Below, piece after piece: positions 1-14,300 of a stretch of 64,000 nt of DNA. Below the pieces are notes generated by a model, which ran no database searches, was not told the DNA's origin, and was given only the letters and a program-made list of their open reading frames with translations. Both the position numbers and the translations under genes were made by a program. The DNA is from Tubulanus polymorphus. Lineage: Eukaryota; Animalia; Nemertea. Location: contig NC_134025.1 in assembly GCF_964204645.1 (NCBI RefSeq), forward strand, positions 12,090,001 to 12,154,000. Direction: 5' to 3'. Positions within the stretch are counted from its first letter, which is position 1. Each line of letters opens with the position of its first letter.

Positions 1-160
1 TTCCCGAAGTGACTCACTTTGCTTTGTTTAAGCATCGTTTAGCATATACTAGTGAGTGATTTACGTGTGAACGCACTGCACTCAGGCATGGGCCTAATTT
101 GACCCGTGCCTACCTGGCCCGAGCCAAACCGTCATCACCATGGCTAAATGCACAATTTCA

Positions 161-2918
161 TTAGTGGATAGAACTATTATCATTACAATCAATTTCATCT
201 AAAATTGGTCATACATTACTGTAGTAAGAATGGATTCAGGAAGAAGATATTCAAGTTCCATTTATAGTACTTCATAAACTTATCTGGTAAATGGTTTGAT
301 CTGAGTTGGTCAGATTGAGCAGTGTCTACTGTATTAGGAGATTGGCAGAGTTGTTGAAGTGATTATTCAAAATGAAAAATGCTGTCATCGACATCAAAGG
401 ACCCGTTCATTAAGTATGTACGTATCCATTAACCACTTTTCCCTATGTAAATAATGCTTGATATAATGATGTAGGCCCTATATAATACTTCTCCCTATTG
501 TGTCAATGAAAATCTGCTTAAATTTGTAGAAAACAGGCCTTTCCATTCTGATAATTCGTTATATCAATATACTGGCAATATGATCCCCGTAAGGCACATT
601 GGATGGCCTGATGGGACTTACATCCCGAATGGGCTAAAAAGGACACACTATGAAATTTATGATTTTGTCCGATTCACACACAAATTTTCCTTGAAAAAAA
701 TCAAGACTGATTGCATATACATACTATGCTTATGTAATAAATTTCGATAGACTTACCACAAACAGGCCGTTTACCAACCCACATCCCCTGATTACACACG
801 AGTATATTGGCTCTAACATCGGCTAACTTGTATCCAGGCATACATAAGTAGGCAGCGTTGGATCCGTACAGCTTATAATCGGAGTAGGAAATCCTCGGAG
901 GGTTACCACATGGTATATCAAGCACTGCAACCATAAGAAGACATGATAGATTGAGTCAGATTTCGCAGTAAGGTTCAAAAGCTCATTGAAAAGCCTACTG
1001 TCTGTCACACATGCTCTCAGTGCGACATTTCTATCCGTAATTTCGTTAATAATCAGTTGATCTGTATGTATTATCCATTCGTTTATTCAGTAATAAGTTG
1101 CCATTCAGAAATTAATCATCTATGACTGGGCATAAACTTTTTGTTTTCTTCATCTCTCAGCAATTGTTTACCTAGAATTCGGTCATGTAATGCTGAAGAA
1201 TGGCTTCCACGGCAATTAATGTGGCACCACCTACTGTATTTTTAATGCAAATGAATAGGTGATGATATCTTCGCAACGTATCCAAGTGTCTGATCACCGA
1301 TAAATGAAAACAAAAACAACCACAGGAAAAATCATAGTTCATAGTTTGAATGCAAAATCCTTTCTGAACAAACTGATGCATGATAAATGCAGATGAACTG
1401 GTCATCAACAAAATTAAGGATCGAAACGTTTTACAAAGAGTGTGTGACAAATATTAGTTTAGGACACCTTCAGATTTACATCAAAACCAAAATCTAACTG
1501 AGGGTCTAAAGCAAATGCATCATCGATACCAAGATCAATAAGATCAAGATAATTGATTGAAGCGTCTTGAAAGTTTCCATGACCTGACCTGGCCAGTTTT
1601 TGGGCTGAAGATGTGTCTGGGGTAGATATACTTATAAACCAGTCCAGACATTACACTGAAGCATCTTCAAAACTTCCAAAAATAACTGGATTCCACATAC
1701 AGACGGATGATGGATGACAAGTGAACACAATAGCCCACTGTGACTTAAGTCCCAAGTGGGCTAAAAAGCTACAATTCCATAGAAGGAGATTTGTGGATGA
1801 AAAGTGAACATAAAAGCGAACATAATAGCCCGCTGGACTGACTAAGTCACAAGTGGGTTTATAACGTCTGAATATCATTTCAATTAAGCCTTTGCCTACA
1901 GATCATCGGTACCAAGTTTCATCTTGCTCTGTCAATAACTGTAGGGCAAGTAATGATTACAAATAAAGTCGATCCCCCTAGACCATCAACTCTGCAGACC
2001 ACAGCAGAGCTAAAAAAAAAAACATCTAACATATTTTTGACCCGGCGCCACAAGTCCGCCCGAGTGTGCGCCAAAATTGCTGCAGGATTTAGTTTCATAG
2101 CGCATGCGTCGAGATCATATTATTGATTAAATGGCCACTTGACCTACAATAGTGGCAGATGCAGCACTTGGAAGCTGCGTCGTTGTTGCTAGTGTGCGGG
2201 AAAAGTTTTTGGCGTCAATGTCCCTGACAAATTGCTGCGGCATAGTTGTTGCGCCGGCTTTGACATTTGTGTGCGGCCCGAAGTTTAATTAATACACCAA
2301 ACTCACCACTGATGCAAACAGGTGGATAAGGTGGGACCCAATTGCCCGAGTATGTACACGTAATCACATTCGATTCTCCGATCAGCTTATATCCTTTATT
2401 GCATCTGTACGATATCTTTTTGGCCACGTGATGGTTTGGCGATTGCGGGGAAGGTATTCTGTAGCCGTTGCGTACGTAGCCCGGATCCGCGCAATACTGT
2501 TGAGCGAGAACTGAAAAAGATTGAAAGAACATATGCCGGTGTTTACCACAAGAGAAAACTACTGGAAAAAGAAACTTTCTTTTTACATAAATGCAGCGCT
2601 ATATAACTCATATATATCAAATTGATTACAAACAAATACGGTTTCTACATCAACTCTAATTTGGAAAGGACACAATCTGGTTGGTATGTAGCCTTCTCAA
2701 ACTATCAATCAGTTGTGAGTTAATGTTGAAATCGGTTCATTTTCAATGATTTAATAGTATTAATATTCAACTCAAAACTGCGGAACTGGATCACTTTACA
2801 GTTAACCATGTGTAAGTAGGATTTTCAAGCCAAGCTTACCTATTGTTGGATTTTGACTATACAAAACCCATATCATCAAGCCGCATAGGTATTTAGAACA
2901 ACTACTGCCACTTTCCAT
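161..2918 (-). CDS. Small secreted CCP/sushi-domain protein (spliced: 2918-2840 leader exon, 2510-2307 CCP1, 924-757 CCP2, possible last exon 198-161)
   Basis: Two CCP modules (CADPG..NG..YRCNKGYKLIG..TC..GNW..PVC; CGNPP..YLCMPGYKL..VC..GMW..RPVC) lie in phase-1 GT-AG exons. An upstream exon (MESGSSCSKYLCGLMIWVLYSQNPTI) splices in frame. The terminal exon is uncertain and the gene may continue past the window start. Confidence 0.7.
1690..1862 (+). repeat. Helentron-associated (HINE-like) repeat 3' ends; related copy at ~15770-15835
   Basis: GACGGA-type motif, aagtgaa..aatagccc and a terminal hairpin ending gggctaaaaa; the same motif order recurs at 15772-15833. Confidence 0.4.
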
Positions 2919-4549
2919 CTTTTTCACCTGTCAAATGAATTGCTCTTAGTTCGAGGAGTTGGCTACCAATCCAACTGTCAGTTGATTGTGTGGCTCTATT
3001 TGGTGAGGCCAGCGGCTGATAACGAATTCAGCAAGCGTCACAACATTTCCTCACGCTCAGAACCCGAGACATTCTGAAATAATAGAAGTTGAGAAAATAG
3101 TATATTGCAAGTATAGTACCAAAAACTACAAGGATGAATAAACAATGTGTGGGGTGGATTGTAGTGGGTGAGGCGTATGCACTATAAGGCGGGGTAGACC
3201 GATTCAAATATCAGTTCGGAGGAAATAAAATTTTTGAAAAATTCCCTCAGTGAGATAAAATCACTTTTTGAAGGAAGAGGGAACTGTCGATACACAATAA
3301 TACACTTATGCCCAAACAATTCTCGGAAAGTTCGAATTCCAAAAAAGAACCTCGCGTTTTTCAATTTTTTTCATCATTCAAGCTAGGATTCTCATTTGGC
3401 GGATGTGAAAAATTTTTCTTGCTCATTTTTTTCACCAAAGTCGTTCCACAGATGGGAATAAAGAAAAATGACCAACCCAGTCCAATTCTTGATTTTTAAA
3501 TACATCAATGACGTCATCATTCATAAGATATTGAAATGAAATCTTGTAGATCCTGATTAACACAACGGATGTGAATATGCGGGACAGGACTACTTAAAGC
3601 CTGAACATTTGTGTCACACAAGGAACTGTTCAAGAAATTTATTCCTCCTTGTACATACTGGTTGAAGAAATGATGAAATTGTGTGACTCGAATGACAACG
3701 TCATTGCAGTTTTAGACTGTAAAGCAATGTGTGCTATTCAAACTTTCAAGCTGCATTTTAAACCATTTTGAATCAGTTTAAGAAATGATTAGATATTTTC
3801 TTTTACTATGAAGTTTACTTCCCACTGTGGGTGAAAAACTAATCTTTACATAAGAAAGCATGCCTAATATGAGATTCAAGGTACCCCAATACTAGTCTTT
3901 ACATAAGAAAGCACGCGTACATAAGAAAGCAAGCCTAATATGAGATTTAAGGTAGCCCAATACAACTATTGTTCGCAATGTTTTTTTTTAAATTTAACAA
4001 TCGCATGAACATACTATGCTAACAATGCAGTTGTATTTTTCATTAAGGGGTCTGTAGTATTTATCCAATGGTTAGATTTAACCATTTTTTTCAAGAAGTG
4101 TTCAGTTCAGTTATGGGTAGGTATTAAGGCAAGCTTGTTGCCTAGTGACTTGACTGGAAACGGCTTGCAGTTCAGGCAACCCGCATCCTATGAATTGTTC
4201 CCGTAGGCAGTAAGCCCCTAGGTAACGAGATTCGTAGGGCTCATTTCTCAAAATTCTCCCAGTCAGGACTCTCTGGAAAGTGGACTAATCGGGCAAACAC
4301 AAAAGAAGTCTATTTCAAGGTTATGTGAATATAAAATGATGAAATCCTTAGATCACTATGACATGACTTGGAATGAAATCATATGCATGATACAAAAAAA
4401 AGATAGCCTAAGACTATATCCTAAACGGCGTGAAAAACTTTCGACTGTATAGTAGGGCCTAGACTACTCAAATCGAATCCCATCACTGAAATTTGAACTT
4501 GAGCCAATGCTAGACACTCTACCACTTTGATAAGTGGTGCGATGTTGTG

Positions 4550-4897
4550 TAGAGTTAAGGGTTTGGAAACCCGATTCGTGCACGGGCAGCAGGTTATCCC
4601 TGTAATAGAAAAGTCTACGTCACTTGTTGTAGTGAGGCGGCCTACGGGGGCGCGTTCGTGTCGAGTATCCAATCTTGTTCGGCTGCTTGGCGGATCGGTC
4701 TTGTCGAGCCTGGTAGGTGTTGTAGTCCGTACACCCGAAAGTGTTGGCGGGTGTGGTCGATCTGGTTGAAGTGGTCCGAGACTGAAGTCGAATTCTTCGT
4801 TCTGATGCGTGAGATGTGATGTGTGACGCGTTCTCGTAGAGACATTCCAGTTTGGCCGACGTACAGCATGTTGCACTTGGTGCATTCGATGCAGTAG
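4550..4897 (-). mobile_element. Penelope-like element 3' fragment (GIY-YIG endonuclease C-terminus plus downstream tail)
   Basis: Translation YCIECTKCNMLYVGQTGMSLRERVTHH..VSDHFN..EQDWI.LDTNAP matches the PLE GIY-YIG pattern. The tail is homologous to 39820-39945. Confidence 0.8.
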
Positions 4898-5228
4898 CCT
4901 ATATGATTTCACGGGTTGAGGGAGTTCTTTAGGGTTATGGTCCATTTTACCCATAGGGTAAGGTTGAGTGCTATACGTAATCAAAACTTAAGCTTGGTTT
5001 GCCAGGAGCTAGGCGGTCTAGTGGAAAGACATCGGGCTAGCAATACGCTGGCTTGGGTTCAAATCCCACTCTATCTGGACAATTTTATCAAATTCAAATT
5101 AAAATTTATAGAACTCTGATCTCCACACTTTCCTTGAATGCCGTGCACCTCTGTGCGCATATGCGGCATAAATCAGTGACGATGCAAGGTCAAATAGCAG
5201 AAGTAAACACTCATTATATACGGCTAAA
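4895..5228 (+). mobile_element. Degenerate tRNA-bearing element related to the MITE at 40401-40795
   Basis: Shares agggtaagg, ggtctagtgg (A box), gggttcaaatccc (B box), tctccacactttccttgaat and cgtgcacctctgt with 40490-40700; imperfect tagcc..ggcta ends. Confidence 0.6.
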
Positions 5229-5276
5229 TATCCACTGGGTTTTTAAAAGCAAGTGTTTTTTCATTATTGGATTATA

Positions 5277-5348
5277 CCACAGGGACCTGACACAAAAAGT
5301 TTTTGACCCCAGTTGAGTATCAGGTAACTTTGTGTCAGGTCCCTGTGG
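5277..5348. repeat. Tiny foldback/MITE
   Basis: Perfect 20-bp inverted repeat ccacagggacctgacacaaa / tttgtgtcaggtccctgtgg. Confidence 0.7.
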
Positions 5349-5397
5349 ATTAAACAATTACAGGAATACTGGGGCTGGTCATAATTTCACTGAGAAC

Positions 5398-6035
5398 CTT
5401 AGTGTCAGTGGTATATCGCTAACGCGACCCCTGACACTAAGTCGTGGAAGCCATATACGCGGTGATTTTAAATTCTTTTTAATTCAACTCTAATTATATC
5501 ATCACTACTCAGCTCTCATTCAACCGATTTCAAAAAATAACCATCATTGCAAACCTCTGATCTTTCTTGTTCTTACTGTTGTGTTTATTTAGTCATTTTG
5601 TCATCGTATTTTGTGTATGAAATGATTTTTCATGACTTGTCAAATATCCACGAGTCGCGCAGAGCGGTATCTATTGTTGTGTTGCTAAGATATTGATTTT
5701 TTCATGAGGGTGAGTCTTGCGAAGAACCGTTTTTACGTAAAACAAAAGCGGTACTAAAATATTTATAGAGGCAATTTCCAGCCACTTGAACTTCAAATAT
5801 ATTCTTTGGAGTGTAAACAATGAAAAGATAACAACATAAGGTCAGTGTAGGTAGTTTATTTATTGAAATCGGATGAGTAGTTGCCGAGTACTGAGTGGTT
5901 AAAGTGCCGACTGAGTGCCAGTCGGCAATTTCGACGTAAAATAACGACTATGTGACTGGGTGGGTGGTTCACAGGAGCTCTTTAGTATAGGCAATATACG
6001 GAGCTCCGCGAACCCGCCATTCTCAGGACTGGGTG
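5398..6035 (+). repeat. Dispersed non-autonomous repeat; inverted copy at 39278-39820 and internally deleted copy at ~41958-42090
   Basis: About 550 bp aligns by eye to the reverse complement of 39278-39820. Both termini (agtgtc..tatcgcta.cgcgacc.ctgacacta and ctcaggactgggt) recur joined at 41958-42090. Confidence 0.85.
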
Positions 6036-8336
6036 GTCATAATTATTTGTTTTGTTCATACACTATCAATTGTGGAAAGAACGAACAAAAAATCAAAAAT
6101 GAAGATTTTGTTTGTCGTGTTTCAGTTTTTATGCGAGAAGGCCAGGAATTGGGAAACCCAAGACAAGTCAGTCCCAAAAAAAAACTTAACTGAGTGATAC
6201 ACTTGACTAGACTTACCCCGTGAATGTGAAATCAAGTTCACAGATTTCTATGCTTTACCGAAGTATCGTCTTAAATACGACATAGGCCTATACAAAACTT
6301 GAAGGAGACGGCGACGATGTCAAAACTGAAACTGCAACTAAATTACTAAATCGTTACTCGAAGAATAGAATCTGACAGTCAACCATTTTCCTAATGATAT
6401 CACTAAAACACGTAGCGTGGACTCATTTGCGGATGATTCATATAAGGTCAGCTCCGATCTCAGGAACTCTTAAAATTACGTATCACAATTTTAGGGAAAT
6501 TTTGATGCCCCCTCCCCTTGTAATAAGCTATAATATATTTTGGCAGACCCCCTATAATATTACGTAAGAAATATTAAACCCCCAATTTTCTAAAATCTTT
6601 ATCACGGTAACTAGTTTGAATGCTATGATCAATATTATACCATTTTTAATATTAGTTAAATGAAGCATCATCTTAAGAAAATGGTCAAACTTCATTCCTG
6701 CCCTAGTTTCACTCAGATTCGATTCCTGTAGAACAAGATTTCGTGATGGAGGATATTTTGTGGTTTGCTATACTACTGGTTCCTCAACTTCTGTCTTCTT
6801 TAGTCCTATCCAATTATCCAAGCTTTCCATCAACAACAATTAGGCCACCAACAACTATATTTCAGAAGCCATCACAAACAAACATGAAAAATCTCATCAA
6901 TCATATACGACAGTATTTGAAATTTTATTGTAAATCAAACATACAAATACAGCATCATCCTACTTATATCAATATGAATCTACTCATTTTATGGAATGTG
7001 AAAAAATCTATTTTTTGGATCACATTTTCAGACCAGCTGAAAAAGTTTGTATAAAAACACAACACTACTTCTACAGTTTAAGTACGGTGTAGATTAAGCT
7101 ACAAAACAATGCTACTAACCAGTAGTAAAACAAATCATAAGAACTTATCAAATTTGTTAGTTATAATATTGAGACAGCGGGTTGCTGATTTCTTTTTTGC
7201 AGCCATTCTTAGTGACCACTTTTAGTAGGCAGGTTTGAAATTGGTTGAATCAAATTTCAATATTCCCTTCTGGCACCGCCCTACCTTTTTCGGAATAGCA
7301 CAGTCCGTAAAACTGATCGAAGGCTGGTAGAGAGTTTGTAATCTAGAAAAGCTATTACAAAAGCGGAATAAATTCGATCAAACCTGCCTTAGAAAGTGGG
7401 AGACAAAATCGTGTGACTTATTTTCACAACATCTCTGGTCAAGTCCCAACACATGATGTTAAGTCTGGACCACAAAAAATTGGAAGAATTGCAACACATA
7501 TGATGTGTTAGGGCAGATGGGTGCAGGCTGCAGATTGATACATGCCTTTATTAAAGCAAAAGCTAACTAAGCCCTGAGCTAACTCAATTCAAAATGAATT
7601 GAATCAGCCCCCGGATTTAAGCTACTACGCTACCAGTCTATAAAACTGGCATCGGCATATTGAATTGCTAGTTCTTTTTTACGAATGTATTGATTTCCAT
7701 TAACACAAAAATGTTGCTAACCAACATTATTATTATTATTTCAGGGATACTATGTGCACTACATCATCGATATCAGCATTTGAAAATAACAATAATTTTG
7801 AATTTAGCAGATAAATATCACGACTCCTATTCAATAATCTCTGTCTCAATAAAGACAAATTTTGAGTGGATACGCCCTATGTCATCAATTTTGGGGCTAG
7901 CTTCGTCAGACTGGTTGCTCGTCAATTCAATTCAATTGTCGATATTCAAAATCAAAATAACTTTATTTATCCTTAATATCATAGTCAATGTTGATAATAT
8001 TATGTAATGTATGTTATTCTTCTGCAGGCGTCAACAATCTTTCAAATTAGTTTTCTTGTTTTAATCAGGCAATGGTACGAATACTGATTCATTTGAGTGT
8101 GGTGGCTATTGTCCTCTAGCGGATAAACGATTTAAAGAATCAGCAGCAGAGGTCAAATTATCATAATTCATTCAATGGAACACTGTTACAACGAACACCA
8201 GGGAAGCAGAAAATATGTTCGCTATAGCGGATAGTTCATTATATCCAGTATGAAATTAGCAAAATTGTCCGATTTGGCAATATTCGTGACAAATTTGACA
8301 TCGGGTGGAAAAAACTTAATACATATTGGACACGCC

Positions 8337-11300
8337 TTAGACTAAGACATCCCAGACAAGAATTTCATTCATCGAAACGGAGAACAAATATTTGCCATCA
8401 TTGGAAAATTTGACTTTGTGTACACCATCGCTGTGCCCAACATAGTCCTGGAAACTACCTTCAAAGTAATCCATTACTTTCAACAAACGCTCTGAAAAGC
8501 AAAAATTTTGAATACAAATTATCTTTTTTTGTACCTCATCAAATGGAAATTAGATTGATGTAACATATTGATATCCAAGCACTTACCATTTTCACCGAGA
8601 GCTATAATTGGTGCGACCGAACTCATTTCCATACACCGTGCCCAGTGACCGAGGGAAGCCTTGTTCACGACCTGTAAACAGAAAATATTTAAAAAACAAA
8701 ACGCGTAAGTACAGTTGAACTCGGTTTTCAGGATCTTATTCAAGCATTTTTCCAAACTTGAATGAAAAGATAATAATAACAGGATTGATCAAAATATCAA
8801 TCTGGTCCTGGTCTAACTGTACCTTTTTCTCAGATAAACTGTAAAACTGCACATGTTTTTGCATTCCGTAGCCGGTATATACTATATGATCGGAATCAAT
8901 TGATGAAAATCTCGCAATGCTCGGAGGCAATAATTGATACACATTCTGTAAATTAAAATTGAAACATTAACCATATACAACAAATAACTTAATGAATCTA
9001 AATTAAACAAATTTGGGTAGAGGAGTCTCTATCTTTCTCCTAATAACAATAAAACCTAGTTACAACTAAGAATTAACACTGAAAAGGATAATACAGGCTC
9101 TAATAAGCCAAGCCTATCACAGATCCTTCACAAGTGATGATGATGATTTTTTAGTCTTGTTGCCAATAGCAGCAACCACTGAATATTCAGTAGTGATCAG
9201 ATAAAAACTTTTGAAAAATAAGTTTCATGTTGATCTGTTAATTAATGTAGGATTAATGTAGTGATTCAAAGAAATATGGCGAGATGTTTCACTTATATGT
9301 CTACTGGTCATGTCCATTATTAGATTTTCTAAGAAATGGAAAAAACTTAATGTTTACCCCATCTCAGATTTCTATATCTATACCTTTTCATTCTTTTTGA
9401 TAACGGCCCCATCTGGTGTAAATGAAGGAGCTGGAAATGTGAGCCAATCCATGAGCTCACAAAAATCTTTTAACCAATCAGCAGACCAAATGCTAACTCG
9501 TTGATCGGCACTGGAAACGAGCCAAAGATTTTTCTCAGGCGAACTACCGAATGCATCCTAGAAATACATGACAATGGAATATCACAGATCATCGGGACTT
9601 ATCAGGCATTAGATCCGAGCGTCAGAAAACCAAATTCTGCATCATGCAATTAATTTTCATTTAAGACAATCGAACCGATGACAGTTAATTTTCTTGTTGT
9701 ATTACTGATTTTAAACAACCGTCCTTCTAGCTCTTTTTTACCTCATTTTTACCTGACCCGACAGACACAGGGTGGGCAATACTTGTATTAAATGTCATTG
9801 AATAAAATTAATAACAGTCAACCTCGCTTCGTCGTCGGTTAATTCGTATAACTACCTAATTCGTATTAAAATTAAAGATTTCCTCGGTTATTCCTTTTAG
9901 TTTCCATCGCATAATTTGTACTTTGTAATTTGTAAATTGTAGCCATATCCACGGTCCTTTTCTTAAAAACAATTGAAAATGCGACGCGTAATTCGAATCC
10001 CATTGTTCCGCCTGCGGCAGTGATTGGCAAGCTTATCAATCACTTGTCAGCCATTTCCAACATTTTCCCGCCAGTTAAGTCTAAAACAATAAATGGCTGT
10101 GGTACGTGGCGTTTGTTCCAATGATAGTGGAAACAATTCTTAGCAGGTTTTTATTTGTAGTTAATACGAATAGATAAATCGTTAATTCTAAGAATTATAC
10201 ATAATTCATGGAAAATATGAATTACGAGGTTGACTGTATTTGCGATTATGAAGGGCTTCAATATCGCACGCACCTGATTTGGTGTAACATCAATACAGTT
10301 TATAGGAGCGCCTTTATGGTCATTGATGATGCGTACAGTGATTCCAGTAGGAGCACTGCTTATCGCGACTAACCCATCACAACCACCCGATATTATCATT
10401 CGACCTGAAAAATGGAAAACTTTCAGATATTCATTGATACATGTTTTATGTTGTTACATATTTGAACCCACTAATCTGCGAATGACATGAAAGAAGTGAC
10501 TCTCCACAATCAAAGTAAAAATCCGAAAATCAATAAGTACATTGATGATGCAGACACGTGACATTTCGGCTATTTCGTGACGGCCATCATCAGGGGGAGT
10601 ACACTCACCGTCATAACTAAAGTTGATTGCTGTAACTGCCACAGAATGGGGGTGCATTTTCAACACCAGTTCAACTGTATTCAAATCGAACATTCGCACG
10701 GTTCCATCGCTATAACCTGCCACAACATCGGGTAAGAGCGATTTCGACGACTCTTGATGTTTCACGACCGGGGAGCCAACGTTGTACGGCGTACTTTTTA
10801 CAAGCGGTCCAGGCTTCTTTGGACCAAAAGCAAGACAGTTACAAGACTGCAAAACAGAACATTGAGCAAACGATCAGACATTTCAGGTCCATCATGTAAA
10901 TGAACTAACTCAGTTCCACAGTTCTGTGAAAATTTGACTTGCCGAGTTGAATGTTTGAAATTGAGCCGATTTCAACTCAGAATGGCTAACTGTTCACTCA
11001 CTGCTTGATCATGATTAAATTTGATTTTTGTATAACATGTATAAGAATGGCTTCATTAAGATAATGCATTAGATCCCTCATTACTTGGAAGCCACCGCTT
11101 AAATCAGTGAATTTAAAAAAAAATCACTGAGTACGGAGAAGAAAGACCACTGCATTTGGTGTGCAGAAATCAGCCTAGTGGTAGCTGGTTTCATGGAATG
11201 GACATGAAATCAATCGTCCCCTTAAGGTTGAATGTATCATGACGTTAAAAATAGAAATGAACGCTCTGCGTATTTCAAGGATGTATGAATACTACGTGAA

Positions 11301-14300
11301 GAAATTACCTGATTCTGCACTTGAAACTGTAAAATTTGTTCCCGGTCGTCGATCGACCAAACGCGTAGCGATCCATCATCAGCACATGTGGCAAAGAATG
11401 GGCTTTCGCACATCGCAATATCAGTCACCTAAAAACAAATGAAGCGCCCGGTATGGATTCGAGGTTAGCAGGGAGTACCAAATACTCTATATATCTGAAG
11501 ATTCGTAGAGGAGCCGCGTTAACCGGGTGTAGAATATATATGAGACGAGTAGTACTTTATAGGTAAACTATCTTATTTTTCGCACGAGCTTTCGCTACTA
11601 GTGTATAGAAGCTTCATTAGGAGAATGAATGAGTACAAGTTAAGTTTTTCCATCGACTATACTATTTCACATGATGAAGCTTCTATACACTAGCATCAAA
11701 AGCTTGTGTGTTTGAAATAAGATAGCCTACAAAGTACTACTCGTCACACTAATATTTTCACATTCTTTACACATCCTTACAATTACCGTAGCTGTTTTCA
11801 CAACAAAACAAGTAAATCATTCTACCGGTATATATGTAGAATACGGCTGGCTTGTATATACCAAAGTATTACAGTGAAGTGATGAAACAAAATAACAAAA
11901 TAGTTTATTATTTGTAAATAATGATCTCAAATTAAAATGGAGCAAATCTTCATTTTGTCGAGCTATGGAAGCATTAGAGTGAAAAATATTGGGATGTGAT
12001 TTTCTAGGCTGGGATCATATTTTGGGGTAAAATCTGAGGCCAGAAAATAAAATTATATTTGCCGGAAAATATGGTACATACCTTGTTGCCATGTCCACTA
12101 ACTAGTCTCATAGTGGAGCGTTCTGGCCAGTTCACGTACCACAATGTTCCTGAAGATGTACCAACAATACCCTAAAAGTTAAAAGGTATAAGATATGAAT
12201 TATCTTGATAAATTCATGCACATGATCAAACAGTTGAAAATGACTGAAAATAGCAGGAAATTATGGCCAGCCAGTTCATTTCCCTGTTCAACTAGCCTAA
12301 GTTTCTATCATGGTCCAAACACATATTCTAACCAGAGCCATCAGGGCCATACCTAGCAGGGAGGCGGGGCCAGTAACTGCCCCAGAAATTTGATTTGTGC
12401 CTTTTTGCAAATATTATGGTTATATTCTCAGAACTGCCCTTTTTTGGGTTTACCTGTACCCCCAAATTCAAATGCTAGGTACGGCCATGGCCTTGGCTTC
12501 ATGCTTATCTGATTATTTTCAATCAAACCCACGAAGATAGTGTACCCAGCAATTGTTGTGTTACAAAACTGATTTCAACCATATGGCCTGATTCCTGAAA
12601 AATATTTAGTCATGACTTTCATAGTCTGACTCTGCAACGAAAAGAGTGTAAAACTGTACCAATGGTAACAATTTTGTCAGGGTTCAACCGTATACCATGA
12701 AGGTTTTATGCGATAACCAAAGAATAGGATTATATCCACCAATGTTTCAAATGTTTCATTAATGTTTGAGGCAGATTTGCCAACCACATTTTCACTCACT
12801 GAAGGCTAGCAGCATTTGAGATTAAAAATGAAGATCAAAATTGTATGTCCATACCATATCTAGAGTGTCATCGAATGTAAATGAGACAATAACACCATCA
12901 AGATGAATTTCATCTTCCATCAGAAGTCCCCCTTGTCTCATGCCGTGTTTTTTCCCTGGTAGTTTCATCTCACCGACACCGACTACGGACCACATCTTCA
13001 ACGTATGTCCCGCACTAGCAGTTATCAGTCGTCCGCAGCGGCACTTCAGGAACACTGAAAAACAAATCAGAACATGAAGAATAATTACTGCAATGCACTA
13101 TCTGCAGCCTTGACCTACCCATTCACCTAAGACTCTTAAAAGAAAATCAACTAACATTGAACAATTACAAAAGGCCTACTTTAAGACATTTTATCACCAC
13201 ACTTTAGAAATGTGACCGGTATGGTTTCAAACTATACTGGTGAATGTCTGAAGGGTGGGGTTCAGGGCTGTAGATTGACATCCACCTAAATTAATCTATG
13301 ATTATTTCCCGGACCCAACCGCTCGGATAATTGATGTTTACACCTTACACCTTACTGGAGACATTTTCAATTTGGAGAGAAATCAAAAACGACCTACAAA
13401 AAGCTCCAGACATCAAACACTTAGTCAAACACACACTTGGCCCAATCTATTCAAACCCAATTACCTAATTCATAATTGTCCGCATTCCAGTGCATAAAAA
13501 TCTTGTTCGTCCTGGTATCGATAGCTAACACCTGACCAGAACTACTGCCTACGTATAATATATTATCATTCGCATATTCTAAACAAGTGAACGCCACAGT
13601 CTCCTTCATCTATAATAAACGAAATAGAAGGACAATTTTCATTTAATCAAGATGTCTAAATAACTTTGAATGAGCATAATTTTCTGTCAGTCAAACTTTC
13701 TAACCAATTCCTGCTTTGCAGCTTGATCTGATGATAGTAACAGAGATGCTAGGGCCAAAGTACCAGAATTCAGGAATTAAGAACAGGGGTCTTTTTGCGT
13801 TTTTGCATCGCCGGAAATGCGTTCTAGAGCGATCTGGGTATCTGAAAATACGACGGCAGGCATTCGTTGTGCTTCACATCCCTCGCTGCTTATGCCGCGC
13901 GCTATCCGGGTGACGAAGAATATCATTTTTCCCGCCACTACCGTATTTGACCTGGTCTTGACAAACGACGCACTACGCCACGCCAGCTAAGTCTAACTTA
14001 CGAATGTAGTTCGATAAGTAGTCCCCGTTACTGTCCTTACACTCTAGCCAGTGCCAGTTAAATTTATTTTTTATACCACTGTCAATTGCCTTTATATCGG
14101 CCGACTCCCGACTGACAATCTTTCCGTGCGTGCTCATTTTGCAGACCGTCCCGCTTGACAGCTGCAGGCAAAAAGAAAGTTACAAAGCTGCGTGCCTCAG
14201 GACATAGCACGCACGTGGTAATAATTAAGATGATATTTATTAGATAACATCTTAATTATTACCATGTGCATCTTCACATCGTTGGCCGTCAGCGGGACGA

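Noticed and set aside
4421-4984. 187-aa ORF as a gene
   Set aside because: Shadow frame over the Penelope GIY-YIG remnant.
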